The notes: generated by a model from the letters alone, not told the origin. DNA of 64,000 nt from Candidatus Obscuribacteraceae bacterium (GCA_044226015.1 JBGAHS010000002.1:1-64000), one strand, 5' to 3'; numbered from the stretch's first letter, positions 10,082-20,660 are shown. Made by a program: numbers and translations.

Positions 10082-11035
10082 TTAGCGAACGAGATGCGCA
10101 TCCCAGGCGCCGCCGTACTGGGTTTCGCCTTTCATCGTAATGTCGCGACCATTAGAGCTGAGCTTGGCCTTGAACGTCATGCTGCGAGTTTCCTGCGCGC
10201 CCTGACCCTTTGTGTACTGACGAACAATCGTCACCTTCGGATAGTCGTACCAACCCTTAGGAATCGTGAAGCGAACACTAGTTTTACCAGTCACATCAAC
10301 GCCATCGCCACTGATTTTCTTGCCGTCATTTCGCAGCCACATCTTGGTGGAAATTTTCTTGAAGTCGTAGGTATAAGACCCCTCATAGCGACCTGAAATA
10401 TCAACAGGCTGTACATCTTCAGATGTACTCGCCTGCTGCTGTTGCGGCTGAGATGTAGACGGCGGAAATGGATTCAACGGTTGCGAAGGAGGCGGCGCAG
10501 CCACGGGGGCAGCGGCTTCCTGTAGCGGCGATGTCGGGTTCGCGACCCATTTGCCAGAGACAGCGGCGCCATCCTTGCCAGGCGAAGAGTAGGTTCCTTC
10601 CATCAGCCAACCGGTGTAGTCAGCAGACTGTTCATGCTTGAGCTCACCAGTGTAAGTAATCGCGTTGGCAGAATTGGCATATTTTTTCTGAAAACTAACC
10701 TGAGTGCCCTGAATCTGACCATTCTCCAATGACCACTGCTTGCCGTCCTGGTCAGTTCCATCACCGACCAGGGCGTTGCCTTGTTGCGCCAACTGAACGT
10801 TACCAACAAAGGCTTGCCCCTTGAATTCATAGTCAACTTCCCACTCACCATCTAGCGGTGGTATGGCAGAGCCCTGAGCTTGCTGTGTCTGCACGCCGCC
10901 AGTATTAGTTCCTGAAGCAGGCTTAGGTCCAGCATTGCCTCCTGTTTTGCCTCCACTCAAACTTATATTGGCACACGAGGTCAAAAGGACGATTGAGCAA
11001 ATGAAGACGATAACTTGATTACCGGTGGCTTTCAT
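10082..11035 (-). CDS. Hypothetical lipoprotein with two repeated beta-rich domains joined by a Pro/Gln linker
   Basis: Probable start MKATGN (11035, GGGAGA RBS); lipobox LLTSC; repeated pattern G(E/R)(W/Y)E..Y...GDG.D...(KKY/RQY). Confidence 0.7.
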   Translation of the reverse strand: MKATGNQVIVFICSIVLLTSCANISLSGGKTGGNAGPKPASGTNTGGVQTQQAQGSAIPPLDGEWEVDYEFKGQAFVGNVQLAQQGNALVGDGTDQDGKQWSLENGQIQGTQVSFQKKYANSANAITYTGELKHEQSADYTGWLMEGTYSSPGKDGAAVSGKWVANPTSPLQEAAAPVAAPPPSQPLNPFPPSTSQPQQQQASTSEDVQPVDISGRYEGSYTYDFKKISTKMWLRNDGKKISGDGVDVTGKTSVRFTIPKGWYDYPKVTIVRQYTKGQGAQETRSMTFKAKLSSNGRDITMKGETQYGGAWDAHLVR

Positions 11036-11167
11036 CTTTTCTCCCAGAACGGACACAACCAGGAACATGATATCAGATTCGGTATTATCGACGCTTGACA
11101 TCGACAGTTGGTTCTGAGCCCAGTTATAGGTAAACTATGAACTGACGTCTTTCGGAGGTTATATCGG

Positions 11168-11452
11168 GTGGCTATTCCGATCAACACACATGTGATTGTG
11201 CTGCTCGTTGGTGGCGAAATCGTAGAGGGAGATGTTGCTATGGCTGACCAGGCAACATATCTCTGTTTGCGTCGCGACAATGAAACCTGGTACCTGCCCT
11301 GGACGGCTATCAAGTGCGTGAAGGGTCCAGCTCTGCCAGAGAGGGGCATCACGGGCAACTATCCGCGCACTACCACTGCTGGGGGAACGGCTGCACCAGC
11401 TGCTGGCGGACCAGCAAGCGGAGCGCCTCCGGCGGGCAACACGCCTGGCTAA
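11168..11452 (+). CDS. Small protein, probable Sm/Hfq-like fold with a Gly/Pro/Ala tail
   Basis: VIVLLVGGEIVEGDVAMADQATYLCL...WYLPWTAIKCV follows the Sm1/Sm2 hydrophobic pattern. Confidence 0.5.
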   Translation: MAIPINTHVIVLLVGGEIVEGDVAMADQATYLCLRRDNETWYLPWTAIKCVKGPALPERGITGNYPRTTTAGGTAAPAAGGPASGAPPAGNTPG

Positions 11453-11486
11453 GCTATCGGCGAAATGTCCGAACTAAGGTTCAAGT

Positions 11487-11912
11487 TTAAGAAGTTTTGA
11501 CCTTGATTTCATGAGCTTCAAGCCAGCGCAAAGCTCGCTGACGACCGCTCTGCTTTTTCCACTCTTCCCAACGCTCCCACTCTCCCGGAACCTTTTGCAG
11601 GACACTGCGGAGGGCGGCATACTTATTGGGAGATTCCAGCGCCATCTCAACGATTGATTTCAATTTTTCATCATTAATCGTGTAAACAAAATCAACGAGG
11701 TCTAATTCAAGCTGATTTGGCTTAGGCTTCGGAATAAACAAAAACCGTTCAGGTTCCATTTCAATTTCGCTTCTAATCTCACTCACATCATCAAGCTCAG
11801 GGCGCACCATAACGATGCTTCCGGTCTCCAGGTCAAGATAGTACTGCGAGTCAGATGCGGGGTCCTCCCAGGCAAAAGAGAGTTGAGCCATGTCTAAAAA
11901 CAACTCGCGCAT
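11487..11912 (-). CDS. UPF0158 family protein
   Basis: YYLDLETGSIV, RFLFIP and terminal ALRWLEAHEI pattern. Confidence 0.75.
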   Translation of the reverse strand: MRELFLDMAQLSFAWEDPASDSQYYLDLETGSIVMVRPELDDVSEIRSEIEMEPERFLFIPKPKPNQLELDLVDFVYTINDEKLKSIVEMALESPNKYAALRSVLQKVPGEWERWEEWKKQSGRQRALRWLEAHEIKVKTS

Positions 11913-11914
11913 AA

Positions 11915-14323
11915 TTAGTGCTCCCTTCTAACTTTTGGAACCTGATAGCAAAGCGGGTTACTGAATTGTCCCAGATAATTTCCGTTATCGGAACGTGCAA
12001 TTACTCTGATGCTGCAAACTCCTGGTCCCATCAAATCTGAGGTGTTGACTACGATTCGCCCGGACTTACCATTTTGAGTAATGAGCTTATAAGTTTGCCC
12101 GGAAAGATGATTTGAATTCGCATCATCAAAACTCTTATTTGGATAACTGATCTCTGCAGTTACGCCAGTTGCACCATCGATTGATTCAACGGAATAGTCG
12201 CATGAAAAAGACTGCGCATCGCTGGAGAGAGGAAACAAGCCAAGCTCAGGACTCAGCGGATAATCAAAAAATGGTGGAGTAAATCGAGAACGAGACAGAT
12301 CGGGCGGGGTTGAGCCTCCATCCTTCAGCTGGGCAATTTGCAACGCCGCATCATTTATCAACCCCATTTTTTGTAAGTGAACCTTCGAACCAGCAGGGAA
12401 ACCCAGAGCCATTACTGTGGGCATTCCGCCAGTTGTCCAACCATTACCACGAAGAGAAAGTAGATATCGATGAGGAATTTTATCGTTGACTATGGCATCA
12501 GCGTAGGCGAATCGTTCGCGCTTCTCATAGTTCTGATGCACCCTGGTTTGCCAGTGCAATTCAATTCTCGGCGAAGTAAACTGAGCAGGGGCTTCTATCA
12601 CAGCCTCGACATACAGGTAGTCACCGCCCACAGTGCTTAACTCGTGTGGAGACATTGTTATGACAGGTCCATTTTCCGAGTTGGATTCCAAAATCAACTC
12701 GGACTTGTCATCAGAGAAATGAATGTTCTTATAGAACATCAATGGCGGTTCCATGCGAGATGCAATCTGCTCTGCGTTCAGCAATTCAGGCATTACAGCT
12801 TGTTCTGTGAAAATATCGAGGGGAATAAACATTTTCATTTCGTTTTCCCAGCGCCAGGCCTGATTAAGAATTCTCTTCTCGCGTAACAAAGATTTCAGTT
12901 GCCCGTCAGGAACAGGATTGCTTCGCAACAGCCCTTTCTCAGGGTCCACAACAACTGGTCCACGAGGCGAAAACGCTGGAGCAATGCTCATTTTCTCAGG
13001 CAAATCTCTGGCAATTAGAATCGGCATATTCTCTTTGGAATGCAGAATCTTCATCGACTTCTGCATGGCTCTGAGCACTCGAGCGTAATTACAATTTGCT
13101 GCATTCTCATTCCACAAATGGCGGAAGAAGACCACGCAAAATACCAATCCCAACACAGCCGCGTAAGTCAGTCCGGCAAGCCGCGCCTTTCCTGGCAGCG
13201 CAGACAAGCCAGATATTCCAGCTGCCAAAATAAGACAAACTGGAACTGTTGCGGCAAAAAGCCAACGCTCACCATACAAATTACTATCAACTGCCGCAAT
13301 TCCAATTAGAGGCACTGCTGTGGCAGCTAGAAAAAGAAAGGAGAATACAAGCAGCTTGCGCAGCTGCGACGAAAAGAACATACCAGCAATTAAAGATGGC
13401 AACATGAACCCGTAAAGGACATACATTACTACATATTCTTTTGAATACTTATGCCAGTTAATCTCATTAATTGGCATGAACAGGTGCCTGAAGCAAGACA
13501 GAATGTGGTCAGGACGAAAGTCCGGCAACAAGAGCGCACTGATTGCTCCTGAAGCAGCAAGATATAGCGCTACAGGAAGCAAAGGCACCAGCAGTGATAT
13601 CAGCGTCATCGAAAGGTCACGCGCCTTGGTCGACGCATCAGGCATGGCAAAATCACAAAGTTCGTAAAGCGCAAAAGCGATGCAAGAGGGCCAGATAATC
13701 GCTGAGCACGACACTGAAACTAGCATCAAAAGCCCAACAATAGCCAACCTCATCCAATGTTTTTGCCTGTGCCTTCCTAACAAAAACAAGTGGAACGCAG
13801 CAAGGAAAGCAAGAGTTCCAAATTCAGCACCAATACCACCAAGCCATGACTGCGCTTCGTAATGCAATGGAAAGAAAGCGAACAAAAACCCGGCGAGCAC
13901 AGCTGTAACACGCTCTGGCACAATCTTTCTACAAATCAGATAAACCAGGTATGAGGAAGCTGCTTTTGCAATAAGCATTACAGCTTTGTAGAGAAAAATG
14001 GTTTTTCCAAAAATGAATGCAAAAGATAACAATATCAACTTTATGCTGAAGCCCATGCTGTCAGCAGTTTCAAAGCCAGGCCAGGACATTATTCCACTGA
14101 CACCAAAAACACCATGCAATTTGGGAGCAGCCTTCAGCCAGGCAAGCAAATACTGTTCGTCTAGTAGCGGAGGGGAAATGAGGCAAGACGAATTAACCGC
14201 CAACAGAAGCGCAGCAAGAAGAATCGCAATTCCAATTCTGCTAGCGATGCCCAGCGACACAAGATTGTCTTGCACGTCAGATTGATTTGAACTTATTGCG
14301 CTATTCTGGCTTTCAACCATCAT
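11915..14323 (-). CDS. Polytopic membrane protein, probable GT-C (PMT/ArnT-like) glycosyltransferase with a large C-terminal extracytoplasmic region
   Basis: About 11-12 hydrophobic segments; LLDE after TM1, FAFFPLHYEAQSWL and GERWLF motifs. Confidence 0.65.
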   Translation of the reverse strand: MMVESQNSAISSNQSDVQDNLVSLGIASRIGIAILLAALLLAVNSSCLISPPLLDEQYLLAWLKAAPKLHGVFGVSGIMSWPGFETADSMGFSIKLILLSFAFIFGKTIFLYKAVMLIAKAASSYLVYLICRKIVPERVTAVLAGFLFAFFPLHYEAQSWLGGIGAEFGTLAFLAAFHLFLLGRHRQKHWMRLAIVGLLMLVSVSCSAIIWPSCIAFALYELCDFAMPDASTKARDLSMTLISLLVPLLPVALYLAASGAISALLLPDFRPDHILSCFRHLFMPINEINWHKYSKEYVVMYVLYGFMLPSLIAGMFFSSQLRKLLVFSFLFLAATAVPLIGIAAVDSNLYGERWLFAATVPVCLILAAGISGLSALPGKARLAGLTYAAVLGLVFCVVFFRHLWNENAANCNYARVLRAMQKSMKILHSKENMPILIARDLPEKMSIAPAFSPRGPVVVDPEKGLLRSNPVPDGQLKSLLREKRILNQAWRWENEMKMFIPLDIFTEQAVMPELLNAEQIASRMEPPLMFYKNIHFSDDKSELILESNSENGPVITMSPHELSTVGGDYLYVEAVIEAPAQFTSPRIELHWQTRVHQNYEKRERFAYADAIVNDKIPHRYLLSLRGNGWTTGGMPTVMALGFPAGSKVHLQKMGLINDAALQIAQLKDGGSTPPDLSRSRFTPPFFDYPLSPELGLFPLSSDAQSFSCDYSVESIDGATGVTAEISYPNKSFDDANSNHLSGQTYKLITQNGKSGRIVVNTSDLMGPGVCSIRVIARSDNGNYLGQFSNPLCYQVPKVRREH

Positions 14324-14471
14324 GCCTCTATGCGAAACAGAAATCTCGCTAAGCTAAAATAGTACAAGCAAACAGCCAATGCTCGCGCCCATAAAGGTCT
14401 TGACACCTCTTAAAAGCGATACCCTCAAGGCATTTCGAGGGTATATAATATTTTTCTCTGGAGACGCAAAT

Positions 14472-15662
14472 TTGTCTGATTTTGAAGAAATAAAAAGCCC
14501 AAAGGGAATTCGCTTCGAATGTTCGGGTTGTGCGAATTGCTGCATGGAATGGCCTGTACCTCTAACTCATCAAGACACAGAGAGAATTCGGATATTCAAT
14601 CCTTCTGCAGCTGTCAAACGACTCAACAGTTCACGACCAAACCTCCTGTCCTTTACACATACGTTAGAAAAGCGTGCCGACGGCTCTTGCACATTTCTAG
14701 ACTCCAACGCACGATGCTCATTACATGCTGAGCGGGGCATCGAAGCCAAGCCTTCGATGTGCCATCTTTTCCCTTATTCTTTTATGGTGACACCAGATGC
14801 GGTTTCAGTTTATTTGAGCTTTGCAAGCAGTGCTGTATTGTTCAACCAGGGTAAATTACTCAGTGAACAGCAAGAGTTACTCAAGTCACAATATAGGGTG
14901 TTTTGCTCCTTGTTCAAACCACAAAAAACATTGTGGAACACCCTCCAAATCATAGATGGGGAGCCCATAGACTATGAGTCCTTTTCTGAGCTGAATAAGA
15001 AGATATTGCAATTAGTAGAGGGTGAAGATGCCCAAGATGAAATTAATCATCCAGCAAACCTTCACATAAAACTGGAGAAGGTTTGCGCGGAAGTTATTTC
15101 ACTAATACCAAGCAATGTTCCTCTGGAAAGGGAACCAAAACTAGAAGCGAAGCCGGAAATTGTGGACCAGCTGTTTCTGAAAAACCTTGACGCTCTGTAC
15201 TTCCCAGAGAGAATTTTCCAAGAAGAGAATTATGATTTCAAAGCAAAAGCACTACTTAGCGAAATCATTTTAGCACCGAATGCAGTATCACTCGGCGAAG
15301 GTAAATCTGCAGTTCAGTTTGCAGATCTTCAACAAGCATCAAAGCCATCAAAAGACATCGAGAACCTGATAGACCGTTTTCTTTACGTCAAATTGTTTGC
15401 CAAAATGTACTTTGGTCCGGGCTTTCATCACCTCAGCTTGCTTTCAGGACTCAATCATTTGCGAATATTATCGATATTGCTGCGTCTCAAGTTCAAACAA
15501 TATGCGGTGCTAACAGACAAGGAAATCAGTTTCGAAACCGCAATTGAGTACGTGCGGACTCTCGAGCGGCGACTCACACAGCTCGATATTTCAAGGGAAA
15601 GTCAGGCTGTGCTAGAAGTCATTTTGAGTAGTCCATCACGTCAGGAGAGAATGAACTCCTAG
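14472..15662 (+). CDS. YkgJ/FliB-like CxxCxxCC cysteine-cluster protein
   Basis: FECSGCANCC, CTFLD...CSLH, KPSMCHLFPY; TTG at 14472 preceded by GGAG is the likely start (track start 14379). Confidence 0.8.
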   Translation: MSDFEEIKSPKGIRFECSGCANCCMEWPVPLTHQDTERIRIFNPSAAVKRLNSSRPNLLSFTHTLEKRADGSCTFLDSNARCSLHAERGIEAKPSMCHLFPYSFMVTPDAVSVYLSFASSAVLFNQGKLLSEQQELLKSQYRVFCSLFKPQKTLWNTLQIIDGEPIDYESFSELNKKILQLVEGEDAQDEINHPANLHIKLEKVCAEVISLIPSNVPLEREPKLEAKPEIVDQLFLKNLDALYFPERIFQEENYDFKAKALLSEIILAPNAVSLGEGKSAVQFADLQQASKPSKDIENLIDRFLYVKLFAKMYFGPGFHHLSLLSGLNHLRILSILLRLKFKQYAVLTDKEISFETAIEYVRTLERRLTQLDISRESQAVLEVILSSPSRQERMNS

Positions 15663-18600
15663 GTTGGTGCCATGAGCTTCTGATTTTCTTGCTTTGCTGC
15701 TTCAACCAATGGGCTGTCTCCACCGAGGACTGCCGCACGGCAGTTAATTTCCTCTTCGAGTAGAGTTCTCACTTCATCAAACTTACGTTGTTTTATCAAA
15801 CAAAGAGCTAGATTGTGGCAACTGTCTGCAACTCCTAAATGAACGGTACCAAGACTGGCTTTACGTTTTGTAAGAGAGTTTCTCAACAATGATTCGGCTT
15901 GACCGATATTAGTATTCATTGCAATCAATATCGAGCCGCCAGTATTCATTGACTCAAGAGTAGCAGGGTGAGTGTCATTGAAAACAGACTTACGAATATT
16001 GAACGACTTTTCAACAAGTGGCAGCCCCTCGGCAAAAGCTTTAGGTTCGCCAGTGACACCTCTGCGGAAGCAGAGTCTTCCAAAATCATGCATCGACTCG
16101 GCAGTTTCAGCATGCATCTCCCCAAAGGTGTTCTTCCTGATATAGAGGGATTGGCTCAAATACTTCTTAGCGTCTTCGAGGCGATCTAAATAAACACAGA
16201 GCACACCCATCTGATTGCAGCTGTTGGCTGTGTCAGGATGGCGTTCACCGAGGGTCTTCTTACGAATCGTCAATGACTGCTCAAGTATTGGCAACGCTTC
16301 CATATAATGCCCAATAGCCATGAGATACTGCCCGTAATACTGAAGTGTTTCAGCGTACTCAGGGTGTTCAGTTCCGCAGAATACTTTTCTGGAATCTAGA
16401 GCATCTTGCAAGAATTTGAATGCCTGAGGCAGTTTGTTTGTCAAGACAAACAGCCGCCCGAGATCACTCTTACTCTGCGCAGTATCCTGGTGCGTTTCAC
16501 CAAAAACATTGACCCGAATCTGATGCGCTCTTTCCATCATGAACTGAGCATCACCGTAATTGCCCAGCATCATGTGGACGAGAGCGATATCGTGGCAACT
16601 CTGGGCTGTAGCTTTGTGTTCGTTACCAAACACCTGACGGCGCAGGTCGAGTGCTTCCATCAAGACTTGCTTAGCTTCCTTGTACTTACCTACTCTTGTG
16701 TAGAGTTGTCCAAGGTCGTTGAGAGTAGTGATTGTGTCAGGATGATTTCTTCCGAGCACTTCAGTGCGCCGTTCGAGCCCGGTTTGATAGGCTTTCTCCG
16801 CTTCTTGATAGCGACCACGCTTGAAGCCAATAACTCCAAGGGTGTGCAAAATTTCTACTACAGCAAGGTGGTCTTTGCCCAACATTTCCTCAAGGCTAGG
16901 CAGCCCTGCACGATAGTGGCGGTCGGCCTCCGCATATTTTCCTTTTTCGAAATACTGCCGTCCCATTTGAACAAAGGCTTCGGAAAACGGCATATTCAGT
17001 GTTGATTTGCTGTCGATAACAGTCTCATCAGCTTCCGATTCAGAGCTAGGCGCGGGCGCTGCTTTCTCTGCTTCCTCTAACAACATACGGGCTTCCTCGT
17101 CCCATAGTTGCTCAAGTTGATGTTGCTCTTTCGATGCTTTCTCTGTTTGTTTTCCTTGCCATAGCATCGCTTGAACTGGTGCGGCATTGGCAGCCGGAGC
17201 CGGTTGCCCCTGAGGAACAGCCCCATGGGTTCCTGATTGTCCAGCTACAGCACCATAGGTTCCAGATTGAGCAGCTTCGTTTTTCTTTTCAGTGGGCAAC
17301 GCAGTGGGAGCCAGCGTCCACCCCTGAGATAACCTTCTCGGAGGTGGCAGTGCAGGAGTGGGTGGAGAAGACGCGAGGCGCTTGCGCTCGGCATCCTCAA
17401 CCATTCTTTTACGCTCACGCTCAGCTTCTTCAGCCTGGCGTTTTTTCTCAACCTCTGCATGCTGGCGTTGCTTCTCAGCCTCTTCAACCATGCGGCGACG
17501 TTCAGCGGCTTCCTGTTCGCGCTTTTCTTCTTCTGAAAGTAGTTCGGCTTGTTTTGCAGCTTCTTCTGCCAGACGCGCTTCCTCTGCAAGACGCGCTTCT
17601 TCTTCCTGCCTTGCAGCTTCTTCCGCTAATCTTGCTTCCTCTGCAAGACGCGCTTCTTCTTCCTGCCTTGCAGCTTCTTCCGCTAATCTTGCTTCCTCTG
17701 CCAGACGCGCTTCTTCTTCCTGTCTTGCAGCTTCTTCCGCTAATCTTGCTTCCTCTGCCAGACGCGCTTCTTCTTCCTGTCTTGCAGCTTCATCCGCTAA
17801 TCTTGCTTCCTCTGCCAGACGCGCTTCTTCTTCCTGTCTTGCAGCTTCTTCCGCAAATCTTGCTTCCTCGGCCAGACGCGCTTCTTCTTCCTGTCTTGCA
17901 GCTTCTTCCGCTAATCTTGCTTCCTCTGCCAGGCGCGCTTCTTCTCCCTGTCTTGCAGCCTCTTCCGCTAATCTTGCTTCCTCTGCCAGACGCGCTTCTT
18001 CTTCCTGTCTTGCAGCTTCATCCGCTAATCTTGCTTCCTCAACCAGGCGAGCTTCTTCTACCTGCCTTGCTTCCTCGGTCAGGCGAGCCTCTTCTTCCAG
18101 CCTAGCTGCTTCTTCCGCTAATCTTGCTTCCTCGACAAGGCGAGCTTCCTCAGCCAAACGCGCTTCCTCGGCTTGTCGTGCAGCCTCCTCTTCAGCTTGT
18201 CTGGCTTCCTCAATTAGTCTTGCCTCTTCCGCCAGGCGTGTTTCTTCGGACTGTCTTGCAGCTTCGTCCTCTGCAAGCTTGGCTTCCTCAGCTTCTCTCA
18301 ACGCTTCCTGCTCAGCTTCCAACGCCTGCGCAGCATCCTGAGCATCATCGTCATTCTCGGCTAACTTGCTGCGAGAGACTTCCATCTGCCGGCTAGCCTC
18401 TTCAACCAATCGCTTGAGTTCAGCAGCACCAAAATCAACAGGGGAAACTGATCCTTGTGCGGCATGCAAACTCATAATTGACTGAATGCTTTTCTTTACG
18501 TCAGCACTGTTCAAAAGCGTCGCAACAAACTCAGGATTATGACAAATCCAGGGAATCAATTGAGCCACAGCCTGTGCCTCGATGAATTTTGCAGAGCGCT

Positions 18601-18763
18601 CTGCTGCTTGAATTGATTGGTCGAGCAGTACTTGCATCTCAGCCAGCTGAGCTTTCAACTGGTTGACTTCTTCTTGAAGTTCTTGCTGCTTGCGTAAAAT
18701 TTGATCTGCAACGCCTTTATTTGCCTGCGTTGTCTGCTGATCACCTTGTGCTTTCCAAACCAT
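15659..18763 (-). CDS. Coiled-coil / ER-rich repeat / kinesin-light-chain-type TPR protein
   Basis: About 10 C-terminal 42-aa TPR units (e.g. LGRNHPDTITTLNDLGQLY); central EEARLAEE repeats; probable start MVWKAQ at 18763. Confidence 0.85.
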   Translation of the reverse strand: MVWKAQGDQQTTQANKGVADQILRKQQELQEEVNQLKAQLAEMQVLLDQSIQAAERSAKFIEAQAVAQLIPWICHNPEFVATLLNSADVKKSIQSIMSLHAAQGSVSPVDFGAAELKRLVEEASRQMEVSRSKLAENDDDAQDAAQALEAEQEALREAEEAKLAEDEAARQSEETRLAEEARLIEEARQAEEEAARQAEEARLAEEARLVEEARLAEEAARLEEEARLTEEARQVEEARLVEEARLADEAARQEEEARLAEEARLAEEAARQGEEARLAEEARLAEEAARQEEEARLAEEARFAEEAARQEEEARLAEEARLADEAARQEEEARLAEEARLAEEAARQEEEARLAEEARLAEEAARQEEEARLAEEARLAEEAARQEEEARLAEEARLAEEAAKQAELLSEEEKREQEAAERRRMVEEAEKQRQHAEVEKKRQAEEAERERKRMVEDAERKRLASSPPTPALPPPRRLSQGWTLAPTALPTEKKNEAAQSGTYGAVAGQSGTHGAVPQGQPAPAANAAPVQAMLWQGKQTEKASKEQHQLEQLWDEEARMLLEEAEKAAPAPSSESEADETVIDSKSTLNMPFSEAFVQMGRQYFEKGKYAEADRHYRAGLPSLEEMLGKDHLAVVEILHTLGVIGFKRGRYQEAEKAYQTGLERRTEVLGRNHPDTITTLNDLGQLYTRVGKYKEAKQVLMEALDLRRQVFGNEHKATAQSCHDIALVHMMLGNYGDAQFMMERAHQIRVNVFGETHQDTAQSKSDLGRLFVLTNKLPQAFKFLQDALDSRKVFCGTEHPEYAETLQYYGQYLMAIGHYMEALPILEQSLTIRKKTLGERHPDTANSCNQMGVLCVYLDRLEDAKKYLSQSLYIRKNTFGEMHAETAESMHDFGRLCFRRGVTGEPKAFAEGLPLVEKSFNIRKSVFNDTHPATLESMNTGGSILIAMNTNIGQAESLLRNSLTKRKASLGTVHLGVADSCHNLALCLIKQRKFDEVRTLLEEEINCRAAVLGGDSPLVEAAKQENQKLMAPT
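17552..18064 (-). repeat. 57-bp coding tandem repeat, about 9 copies (QEEEARLAEEARLAEEAAR), with degenerate copies upstream
   Basis: Near-identical 19-codon units read directly from the sequence. Confidence 0.92.
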
Positions 18764-19058
18764 ATTTTTTTCCCCTGAAATATGACAAGCGATTCTCAAA
18801 ATAGAACCGGTAATGTTGTTGTGCCCAGTGAACACCAAACACACTCTTGCTCCGGCGAATAATCCGATGAAATTTTCCTCCTGACAACTACATTTCGGCG
18901 TTTCTTGCTTGCACATAGTGTCATCTAACCCAGTGTTAGAGCGAATTTAGCGGTTCATTGCAAGCAAATGGCATCTCCAGTGGGATTCATACGCTAGGCA
19001 TCTACCGACACGCCGGGAAATAATGGCCACGGTTGAATTGCAAGGTAATGCTTAGGTT

Positions 19059-20660
19059 ATGGAAAATCAGAATTTGAGACTCACCAAGAGTGAGGCTCTG
19101 AGTACTGAAGTTAGCTCTTCCGTGCTCAGTCGCGAGTGGCAGACTCTCACTGGTGGCATCACAAAAGGTGCATCACAAGTGGGGGGCACAACAATCGAGA
19201 ACTTGAAACAAGGAGGTTCCGATTTTATAAGCAACCCACTTTCTGCGACTGCGAACTATGTCTGTAACCATTTCCAGGATGTAGTTGCTGGTGCAGCAAT
19301 CACTTTTATGCGACCAACAAAACTTGCGAATGTGGCTCTGGCTGCATACTCTCTTCGAGGCACCGCATACGCTACCTACGACGCAATGTCCGGGGCGCTC
19401 GACCCGAAAGCCGACATAAGCAAACTCACAGACCATTATGCAAAAGAACTCAGCGAGCAAGGCACTGCATTCATCTCTTCCATGCCAGCAGCTCTGCTTG
19501 GGGGCAACATCGGAAGAGCGGGCGCCAATGCGGTATTCGGAAAAAATTTAGGCGGACTGGACTACCTGGCAGGCAAAATTCCAAGAGAGGAAGTGCAGGC
19601 AAATCTCTGGAAAATCAAAGACACTCTGAACCCACCAAAAGTCAAACTGCTCATCACCGATATGGATAATACCCTGGCATCGCATGGGAAGTATTTCTCC
19701 AACGGTGTTGAGAAGGCAATCAGCGAACTTTCAGCAAAGACAAAAATTCCCGAGTCAGAACTCAACAAAATCATCGGAAACGAAATGGAGAAAGCACGCT
19801 CGCATGACTATCCATGGAGCGTTGAAATAGCGCTGCAAGACAGATTTCAGGTAGGTAAGCCTGGAGGAATGAGTGTCAGCGAATTCCACGAAAACATAGT
19901 GAAGCCATTCTGGCAAACGCTGGATGAATCCATGAACCAGCATTTCAAAGCCTTTCCTGGTGTTGAAGAAACGCTACAGGAATTGAAGAATAGAAATATC
20001 CACGTCGCAGTTTTGAGCGACGCGCCTGCATATATAGGATTGAAGAGACTTGAGAGTACAGGAATAAGCCCTGGATTGGTCGACCGATTCTACGGGCTCA
20101 ATAACTGGCATGACCCTGCCCACGTGAGCACTGAAATCGCTTCGCATGGCTACAGCCGAGTGGAAAGCATGTTAAAAACGCCGCACCAGCTCAGTGAGTT
20201 TCGTGCACTTCCGCATACCTGGGAAAAGCCCCATACCAGCGGTTATGAAGCATTGATGAAGGCTTATGACGTACGCCCGGCCGAAACTCTTATGATTGGC
20301 GACAGCAGAGTGAAAGACGTGGGAGTAGCACACAGCTCAGGTTCTCGCGCCATCTGGGCAAAATATGGAACGCCGCTGGCATCTGAAGAGGCGATCTTAG
20401 CCAGGCTACGACCACTGCCTGAACACGGCGGTGGCGTTGCTCCTGGGGCGGGCAAGCCAAAAGAGTATGCACCGTATGTAGAGGCGGCAGAGTCTTTCAA
20501 TTCTGTATTGAATCACCTAGAACCTAAGATAAACATTCCCGAAATAGCCAGGCAGAGTGGCAAAGCACTGTTTGTTCGCCCTGAAATGAAATCGGCAATT
20601 GGAGCTTACGCTATACTTCAACCAAATGTTGAGTCGTTTGAAGAAAGCAAAGGTCAATAA
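19059..20660 (+). CDS. HAD-superfamily phosphatase domain fused to a Gly/Ala-rich helical N-terminal region
   Basis: LLITDMDNTL (motif I), VLSDA (II), EKP (III), MIGDSRVKDV (IV). Confidence 0.85.
   Translation: MENQNLRLTKSEALSTEVSSSVLSREWQTLTGGITKGASQVGGTTIENLKQGGSDFISNPLSATANYVCNHFQDVVAGAAITFMRPTKLANVALAAYSLRGTAYATYDAMSGALDPKADISKLTDHYAKELSEQGTAFISSMPAALLGGNIGRAGANAVFGKNLGGLDYLAGKIPREEVQANLWKIKDTLNPPKVKLLITDMDNTLASHGKYFSNGVEKAISELSAKTKIPESELNKIIGNEMEKARSHDYPWSVEIALQDRFQVGKPGGMSVSEFHENIVKPFWQTLDESMNQHFKAFPGVEETLQELKNRNIHVAVLSDAPAYIGLKRLESTGISPGLVDRFYGLNNWHDPAHVSTEIASHGYSRVESMLKTPHQLSEFRALPHTWEKPHTSGYEALMKAYDVRPAETLMIGDSRVKDVGVAHSSGSRAIWAKYGTPLASEEAILARLRPLPEHGGGVAPGAGKPKEYAPYVEAAESFNSVLNHLEPKINIPEIARQSGKALFVRPEMKSAIGAYAILQPNVESFEESKGQ

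Noticed and set aside
14400..14449. TTGACA...TATAAT as a sigma70 promoter
   Set aside because: The hexamers are 38 bp apart, not about 17.
17134..18396. Long plus-strand ORFs (323 aa, 327 aa and others) over the EEARLA repeats
   Set aside because: Antisense shadows of a low-complexity coding repeat.
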